The position numbers were made by a program, and so were the translations under genes. Shown here in pieces: positions 57,957 through 64,000 of a stretch of 64,000 nt of DNA. The stretch is from Minisyncoccota bacterium. GTDB lineage: Bacteria > Patescibacteriota > Minisyncoccia > Phycocordibacterales > GWA1-40-21. Numbering within the stretch: position 1 is the stretch's first letter; each line of letters begins with the position of its first letter. The notes under the pieces were generated by a model. It had not been told where the DNA came from, made no database searches, and saw only the letters and a list, made by a program, of their open reading frames with translations. Location of the stretch: assembly GCA_041664585.1 (NCBI GenBank), contig JBAYKL010000001.1:4592-68591 (forward strand), given 5' to 3'.

Positions 57957-59066
57957 TTATTTTTTATTTTTATTAAATTTTGATACATTCAGAATAATAC
58001 CAATTTCTGAAAGTGTAATAAGCATTGCTGTACCTCCCTGACTAAAAAAAGCAAGCGGAACCCCAGAAATCGGTACAATACTAAGCATCGAGCCAATATT
58101 CATAAAAGACCTCGATATTATAAGTATAACAATTCCAACCACTAAAAGTCCACCAAAATTATCTGGTGATCGTATAGCTATTCTAAAAGCCCTGAATACC
58201 AGGAACAGGAAGAATAATATAACAAAAACACACCCAATAAATCCCATCTCTTCTCCCAAAACAGCAAAAATAGAATCGCTGATAGACTCTGGTAAAAATT
58301 TAAATTTTTGTATCCCCTGTCCAAGTCCCCTACCGAATATTTGTCCAGACCCAACAGCAATTAAAGATTGTTGTATTTGATATCCAGAAGTTAAAGAATT
58401 TGCCTCTGGGTTTAAAAAAGAAAGTATTCTATCCTTTACATAAGGTTTAGCAAAAGCGATTATCGCAATAAAAGCAATTCCTGCAGCAATAAGTAAAAGT
58501 GTATGTCTGATCTTTCCCCCAGCAGAAATAAACATTATTACCCCAATTAAACCCAAGAAAAATAAAGAATCTATGTCTGGCTGCAATATTATAGGGATAC
58601 TACAAATACTTAGTAAAATAACTAGTGGTAAAAGACCGTATCTAAATTGTTTAATTCTATCCTTATAAAGCGCTAGCCATGCCCCCCAATAAATAATAAA
58701 ACCAATATTTAATATTTCTATAGGCTGAAATGTTGTAAGTCCAAACAAATTAATCCACCTTGTAGAACCATTCAAAGTCATCCCAACACCTGGAATAAAA
58801 ACAAAACACATTATAGCTACTGATCCTAAGAATATACCAAGAGAGAATTTTTTAAATAGTTTGTAATTTATATGGGAAAATATAAAACAAGAAATTAAAC
58901 CCAAAAGCAATCCAAAAAAAGCTTGCTTAAAAGTTACAACAGTAAACTGTGCAGCATTTTTTGCAAGAATACCCATTGATGCAGAAATAAAAACAGTAAA
59001 ACCAAAAAATAATAAGAACAATACAGTTATTAAAAAAGTTCTATCTACTTTAAGTGTCTTAGACAT
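57957..59066 (-). CDS. ftsW: SEDS peptidoglycan polymerase FtsW
   Basis: NGSTRWI, FQPIE, LQPD, GYQIQQS, LPESISD.IF, SQGGTA. Confidence 0.92.
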   Translation of the reverse strand: MSKTLKVDRTFLITVLFLLFFGFTVFISASMGILAKNAAQFTVVTFKQAFFGLLLGLISCFIFSHINYKLFKKFSLGIFLGSVAIMCFVFIPGVGMTLNGSTRWINLFGLTTFQPIEILNIGFIIYWGAWLALYKDRIKQFRYGLLPLVILLSICSIPIILQPDIDSLFFLGLIGVIMFISAGGKIRHTLLLIAAGIAFIAIIAFAKPYVKDRILSFLNPEANSLTSGYQIQQSLIAVGSGQIFGRGLGQGIQKFKFLPESISDSIFAVLGEEMGFIGCVFVILFFLFLVFRAFRIAIRSPDNFGGLLVVGIVILIISRSFMNIGSMLSIVPISGVPLAFFSQGGTAMLITLSEIGIILNVSKFNKNKK

Positions 59067-60140
59067 TTATATTATCGCCAATATTAAACCGAAAATAGCA
59101 CAAACAATACTTACAACCCAATATCTCATCGAAACCTTATAAGCCGGCCAACCAATTGCCTCAAAATGATGATGCACTGGAGCAACAAGAAAAAGTTTCT
59201 TTTTCCTAAGCTTCTTTGAAAGCATTTGAAATATCACCGAAAAAGTTGTAATCACAAGTGGCAATGCAATTATAGGAAGAACAGCTACACCACGACCACC
59301 AACCATTGAATCTGTCATAAAAGCAACAATAGCTAAAGTAATAGTAAGAGCCATACTTCCTGTCTCGGACATATAAAATCTTGCTGGAGGAATATTAAAC
59401 CAAAGGAAAGCAAGAATTGCTCCAACGATAACAACACAGAAGGCTGCAAGGTCTATTTGATTTTGGAAGAAAGCGATACCTGCATAAGCAGTAAAAGCAG
59501 AAGCGAAAACTCCTCCGGCAAGCCCATCTATACCATCTATAACACCACCGGAATAAATAAATAAAATTACACCAACAAAAATTGGAATAAAAAATAATCC
59601 AAGATTTAAGTTTAAAATAAAAGGAAAATTAATAGTATTTACTTCAAGTTTAAAATAAAACCAAAGAGAAATTAGGAAAGAAATAATCCCAACTAAAATT
59701 AATCTCTTGCTTAATGAAAGCCCACCAGCATGTTTAGTATTTTCGCTTCCACGTATTTCCAAAAGATCATCTACTAATCCAACAATAGCTCCGAATATTA
59801 ATGTGAAAAAAGGAATCCAAGTTTGATTTCTGCTTAAATAATCAAACTTATCCATCACGCTTGTATTAAATATTTCTCCAAAAATCCAAAAACCCAGCGT
59901 AGTAATAATTACTGATGACCAAATTATTATTCCACCCATTCTTGGTGTACCAATTTCTTTACCTTGATGTAAACTATTAAAAATAGGTGTTCCACCACCA
60001 TCTACAGAAGAAACCGTCTTGGCCTTCTTCTTCCACATTTTATGTTTATACAAAAAATTTGTAAGAATAGGTGTTGTTAAAATACCAATCACGAAAGAAA
60101 CAACCGCAGGAAGTATTACTTTTATTATATTTATAGCCAT
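59067..60140 (-). CDS. mraY: phospho-MurNAc-pentapeptide transferase
   Basis: GTPRMGG, GLVDD, IDGIDGL, APVHHHFEAIGW. Confidence 0.95.
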   Translation of the reverse strand: MAINIIKVILPAVVSFVIGILTTPILTNFLYKHKMWKKKAKTVSSVDGGGTPIFNSLHQGKEIGTPRMGGIIIWSSVIITTLGFWIFGEIFNTSVMDKFDYLSRNQTWIPFFTLIFGAIVGLVDDLLEIRGSENTKHAGGLSLSKRLILVGIISFLISLWFYFKLEVNTINFPFILNLNLGLFFIPIFVGVILFIYSGGVIDGIDGLAGGVFASAFTAYAGIAFFQNQIDLAAFCVVIVGAILAFLWFNIPPARFYMSETGSMALTITLAIVAFMTDSMVGGRGVAVLPIIALPLVITTFSVIFQMLSKKLRKKKLFLVAPVHHHFEAIGWPAYKVSMRYWVVSIVCAIFGLILAII

Positions 60141-60187
60141 ATTGATATGTATTATATAACTTCTAATAAACGAAAGAAAGCCTAAAT

Positions 60188-61150
60188 TTATTCTGATAGC
60201 TTTTGCAAAGTTAACTTTGCAAGACTTTCAACATCTTCAAATCTACCTTCTTGAGTAGAACCTAGCACAACAATAGCTATCGGATGTGATATTCCAGCGT
60301 CTGTGATTATCGCTAAATTACCGCCGGCTAAATCAGTAAAACCTGTTTTTGAGCCTATTAACGTAGGTATTTCATTTAGTGATATATTTGTATTTTTTGC
60401 TGGATGTCTAATATTACTTTCAGAGATAAAGACGGAGTTTTCTTTGGCGGTAGCATAGATCATTTCTGGATCATTTAATATAATATATGAGAGCAGTTTA
60501 CCCATATCATATGCTGAGCTATATGCTCCAGAAATAGCTGGGTTTATATCAAGTCCGGTTTCATTTAAAAACATTGTATCTTTTAAACCAATCTCTTTCG
60601 TTTTTTCATTCATTAAAGAAATAGTATTTTTACCATCAATTTCTTTATATCTATCCAAAGCTTTAGCTAAAGCGTGCATACCATCATTTGAAGAAGTAAC
60701 TAGCGTAAAATCAAGAAGATCTTTCAGCTTCCATTTTTCTCCTACAAGTAATCCACTGTCCCCTTCTTGTCTGATAGACTCCTCATCAATATCTATTATT
60801 GTAGTTGCTAGCATATTACTTTTGATGACAAGCCCGGCCATTATCTTTGTAACAGAAGCTAAAGGAAGTTTCTCTCTTTCGTTTTTTGAGAAAATAACTT
60901 TATTTTCTTTTACATCATATACGTAATATGATTTTGCAATTATTTCTGACAAAACTAACTCATAATTAAATGGTTGTTTTTTTGTATCAATATTTACACC
61001 TTTTACTACTTCTGGAATAGAAGAGTGATTTAGAGAAATTATAAAAATAAAAAATAAAACAACCGCTATTAAAATAGTGGAGTTTATTCTCTTGTTTTTT
61101 CTAAGTAAACTATAGAGCTTCGCTGTTTTTATTTTCTTCAATTTCTTCAT
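60188..61150 (-). CDS. D-Ala-D-Ala carboxypeptidase (peptidase S11)
   Basis: ASVTK (SxxK), SSND (SxN), SKTGFT. Confidence 0.9.
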   Translation of the reverse strand: MKKLKKIKTAKLYSLLRKNKRINSTILIAVVLFFIFIISLNHSSIPEVVKGVNIDTKKQPFNYELVLSEIIAKSYYVYDVKENKVIFSKNEREKLPLASVTKIMAGLVIKSNMLATTIIDIDEESIRQEGDSGLLVGEKWKLKDLLDFTLVTSSNDGMHALAKALDRYKEIDGKNTISLMNEKTKEIGLKDTMFLNETGLDINPAISGAYSSAYDMGKLLSYIILNDPEMIYATAKENSVFISESNIRHPAKNTNISLNEIPTLIGSKTGFTDLAGGNLAIITDAGISHPIAIVVLGSTQEGRFEDVESLAKLTLQKLSE

Positions 61151-61742
61151 TTTGATTTTCTGTTTTTACTTCATCTGCTTCCTTTGGTAGTTCAGCATTT
61201 TTAAAGTCTTCAATGGCTTTCTTGGCCTCAGCAAATTCTGGCATATCTTCTATTTTTGAAATACCCATATATGAAAGAAGCTCAAAACTTGGTTTGTATA
61301 AGAAGCTTCTCTGATCCTTAGGATTTGTTACTTTTTCTATAAGTCCACGAATCATCAAATTTCTTAATATGAAAGTAGATTGAACTCCGCGAATATAATC
61401 CACTTCCGCACGAGATATTGGTCCCTGGTAAATAATAATAGAAAGTGTTTCGAGCCCTGCCTTACCAAGATCTTTTACAAGCTCTTCTTTTGTAAGTCTT
61501 TCTATTATTTCTGAAGCATCTTTACTTGTCCCAAGAGTTACTTCGTCTTCCTTTCTTACGATTATTATTCCCCTATCGGAAATTTTTGTTTCCAAACTAT
61601 TTAGTGCGACAGAGATTTCCTCTTCAGTTTTACTAAAAATCTGAGTTAACTTTTTTATTGTTACCGGTTCACCCTTCCAAAAAAGTACCGCTTCTATTTG
61701 TTTTTCTAAATTATTTGTTTCCATTGTTTTTATATTATCCAT
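61110..61742 (-). CDS. scpB: segregation and condensation protein B
   Basis: IEAVLF, LETLSIIIYQGPISRAEVDYIRGV. Confidence 0.93.
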   Translation of the reverse strand: MDNIKTMETNNLEKQIEAVLFWKGEPVTIKKLTQIFSKTEEEISVALNSLETKISDRGIIIVRKEDEVTLGTSKDASEIIERLTKEELVKDLGKAGLETLSIIIYQGPISRAEVDYIRGVQSTFILRNLMIRGLIEKVTNPKDQRSFLYKPSFELLSYMGISKIEDMPEFAEAKKAIEDFKNAELPKEADEVKTENQNEEIEENKNSEAL

Positions 61743-62466
61743 ATATCGGTGTACCTACTTGTTTGCTTTCCATCCTTATATCATCAAACTTATTTTCTTG
61801 TGACACCTCTATTATACCTTGTTTTACGAGCTCTAGCATAGCCAGAAAGCTCACTATTACATTTACTTTCTCTACCCTACCCATACCAGAAAATTCTTTG
61901 AAACTCATCTTTAGATGATTTTTAACCCTTTCCGTAAGAGAATTTATTGTTTCTTCTAAACTTATCACTTTTATAATCTTCACTTGTGGTTTCTTTTCAA
62001 ACTTTGGAAGATTTTTGATTACATCAAAAATAGATTTAGCAAAATTCTCTTTATTCATATCGTCACTAGGAGAAAATACTGGTTCAAATTTTCTGGTATT
62101 GGGATAGAAAATCATTTCTTTTCCAAAACCATTCTTCACATGTAAGCTAAGTTCTTTTATTTTTTTGTAAATCTTAAGCTTAAGTTCTAAATCTTTCATG
62201 TCTGTTTTTTCTTCTTCGGTAAGATTTAATGTAGGTAAAAGAGACTTAGATTTAATTAAAAGAAGCGTTGAAGCAATGACAATAAAGTCAGAAGCATCCT
62301 TAATTGGAAAAGTTTCTCTGTTTTGTAAGTGAGATATGAAATCATCTGCTACTTTTGCAAGTGAAATATCATTTACAAGAAGTTTCCTTTTTTCGATAAG
62401 AGAAAGGAGTAAGTCCAATGGACCCTCAAATACTTCGGTTTTGATTTTAAAATTATCTTCAGGCAT
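61735..62466 (-). CDS. scpA: segregation and condensation protein A
   Basis: FEGPLDLLLSLI, IKSKSLLP, FLAMLELVK. Confidence 0.93.
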   Translation of the reverse strand: MPEDNFKIKTEVFEGPLDLLLSLIEKRKLLVNDISLAKVADDFISHLQNRETFPIKDASDFIVIASTLLLIKSKSLLPTLNLTEEEKTDMKDLELKLKIYKKIKELSLHVKNGFGKEMIFYPNTRKFEPVFSPSDDMNKENFAKSIFDVIKNLPKFEKKPQVKIIKVISLEETINSLTERVKNHLKMSFKEFSGMGRVEKVNVIVSFLAMLELVKQGIIEVSQENKFDDIRMESKQVGTPIYG

Positions 62467-62919
62467 TTACTGATTTTTTAATATTTTATCCACAATCTTT
62501 TGTCTATCTTCAACAGAAAGTTCTGGACCCAATTGAGTAGAAATATATCCGACATATTTATCGAAATATATTTTGTCATTTGCCCACATTTCAACAAATT
62601 TTTCATCAAGACCGTGTATCGGATATAATTTTATATGAACATGGTTTACCCCTAGACCCTCCATAACAATAGCGACTCTTCTTACGTTCAATCCTTTCTC
62701 AAGTATTTTTACAACTTTCTTTGTAGCGAGCATAAGATCAGTGTATGCTATATCTGGCATATCTGTAGCATCACTATCAAAATGGTCTTTTGTAATTACT
62801 AAAGTTACACCCTCAGTATTAGGATTTAAGTCCATAATTGCTAGATGTTTATCATCTTCCCAAATTTTTACACTTGGTATTTTCCCTTTTACAATTTTAC
62901 AAAAAATACAGTCTTCCAT
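62467..62919 (-). CDS. HIT-family nucleotide hydrolase
   Basis: DCIFCKIV, HVHIKL (variant histidine triad). Confidence 0.85.
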   Translation of the reverse strand: MEDCIFCKIVKGKIPSVKIWEDDKHLAIMDLNPNTEGVTLVITKDHFDSDATDMPDIAYTDLMLATKKVVKILEKGLNVRRVAIVMEGLGVNHVHIKLYPIHGLDEKFVEMWANDKIYFDKYVGYISTQLGPELSVEDRQKIVDKILKNQ

Positions 62920-62967
62920 AATGTTTTAAGATGTTTTTATTATATCACTTAATTATTATAATGAAGT

Positions 62968-64000
62968 TTAATAACTACCCTCCACATCCTCTAATCTCTC
63001 ATCGATTCTATTCATATCTCTTGGGAACATTGTAGCCTGACGAATGTTTGGTAAGTTTAGGAATTGCATTGTGATTCTTTCTGCTCCAAAAGCGAAACCT
63101 CCTTCTGGTGGAACTCCGTATTTGAAAGCTTGTAAGAACATGGAAATATTTTTTGGATCAAGTCCCCAGATTTTAACATGTTCCTCAAGTTGTTTAAAAT
63201 CATTTATACGTCTTCCACCACTCAAAAGCTCACGTCCTCTACAAATCAAGTCTACACCTTCATTGAATTCTGGATCCTTTGCATCAGGATATACATAAAA
63301 TGGCTTTTTTCTAGTTGGGAAACCATAAACAAACACGAAATCTGATCCTGTTTCTTTTTTAAATATTTCACATATTTCAACTTCGTCTTGTGAAGAAAGA
63401 TCTTTGTCTCCTCTGTTGTCTCTACCGTAAACCTCGAATATTTTTTGTTGTGATTCTCTCAAAGAAATAACTGGGGTCTTTTCAATCATCTTTGGAAGTT
63501 CAACTCCTAGTAATTTTAATTGCTCCGCATTTCTTTTTTGTATTTGTTCCAAAATATATCTGATAGTCTTTTCTGCCATATCTTTTACATCAGTCCAAGA
63601 ATCAATAAAAGCCATCTCAGCATCAAGAGACACTATTTCCGTAATGTGTCTTGTGGTTACGCTTGGTTCAGCACGAAAGATTTTGTTCACAGAGAAGCAT
63701 CTTTCAAATGCGCTCATGACGATCTGCTTATATAACTGAGGAGATTGTGTTAGATATGCTGACTTGTCAAAATAAGCTATCTTAAAGACTTCCGCGCCAC
63801 CCTCAGCTGTTGCAGGAACAATACATGGTGCTTGGAATTCGAAAAAGTTTTCACTTTTCATTACTTCTCTGAAACTATCAATTACTGTTTCCTCAATTTT
63901 GAATACTGCCTGAATTTTAGGATGCCTAAAAGTCAAAGCTCTATTATCTAGCTCAGTGGTAAGATCAAGATTGAATCCATCAACAGACATATCAAAAGGT
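62968..64000 (-). CDS. aspS: non-discriminating aspartyl-tRNA synthetase (5' truncated by window)
   Basis: EGGAEVF, QSPQLYKQ, FRAE..RH, PPEGGFAFGAER, FPRD. Confidence 0.9.
   Translation of the reverse strand, partial: PFDMSVDGFNLDLTTELDNRALTFRHPKIQAVFKIEETVIDSFREVMKSENFFEFQAPCIVPATAEGGAEVFKIAYFDKSAYLTQSPQLYKQIVMSAFERCFSVNKIFRAEPSVTTRHITEIVSLDAEMAFIDSWTDVKDMAEKTIRYILEQIQKRNAEQLKLLGVELPKMIEKTPVISLRESQQKIFEVYGRDNRGDKDLSSQDEVEICEIFKKETGSDFVFVYGFPTRKKPFYVYPDAKDPEFNEGVDLICRGRELLSGGRRINDFKQLEEHVKIWGLDPKNISMFLQAFKYGVPPEGGFAFGAERITMQFLNLPNIRQATMFPRDMNRIDERLEDVEGSY

Noticed and set aside
1-64000. Alternative genetic code (TGA=Gly, code 25)
   Set aside because: Long core genes are intact under code 11 and TGA terminates ORFs such as 19126-19632

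Overview
AT-rich bacterial chromosome window, standard code 11. The gene set and style point to a Candidate Phyla Radiation (Patescibacteria, probably Parcubacteria) genome. Supporting features are a compact rpoB, a short non-discriminating AspRS, a sigma70-r4/HARE-HTH protein, DUF2914, pilins, a Nudix-inserted LeuRS, scattered ribosomal protein genes and leaderless-looking core genes; the taxonomy is inference. Core content: murF (partial), leuS, rpoB-rpoC-dnaG-rpoD, a UvrD-nuclease, uppP, rplU, pyrG, recR, dnaB, cysS, corA, ctpA, rplI, rpmA, gltX, murG-ftsW-mraY, scpAB, aspS (partial) and tRNA-Glu(CTC). Main findings: (1) an orphan trpB behind a complete Trp-sensing ribosome-stalling attenuator, whose WW leader peptide appears leaderless; (2) chorismate mutase plus a TyrA-PheA fusion, suggesting chorismate/indole scavenging; (3) a GC-rich nrtR / nadM-Nudix / nadV NAD-salvage locus with three tandem NrtR-type operators; (4) a two-tier expression grammar, in which core genes start 6-7 nt after a -10 box while about ten small accessory genes form self-contained -35/-10 + boxA-like + Shine-Dalgarno + terminator cassettes; (5) unannotated micro-ORFs, an anti-tRNA inverted tail, a structured rpoB leader, a HEPN-like ORF and a dif-like site at a strand switch. 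No CRISPR array, rRNA, transposase, integrase or reverse transcriptase was seen. All calls were made by eye, with no database searches.
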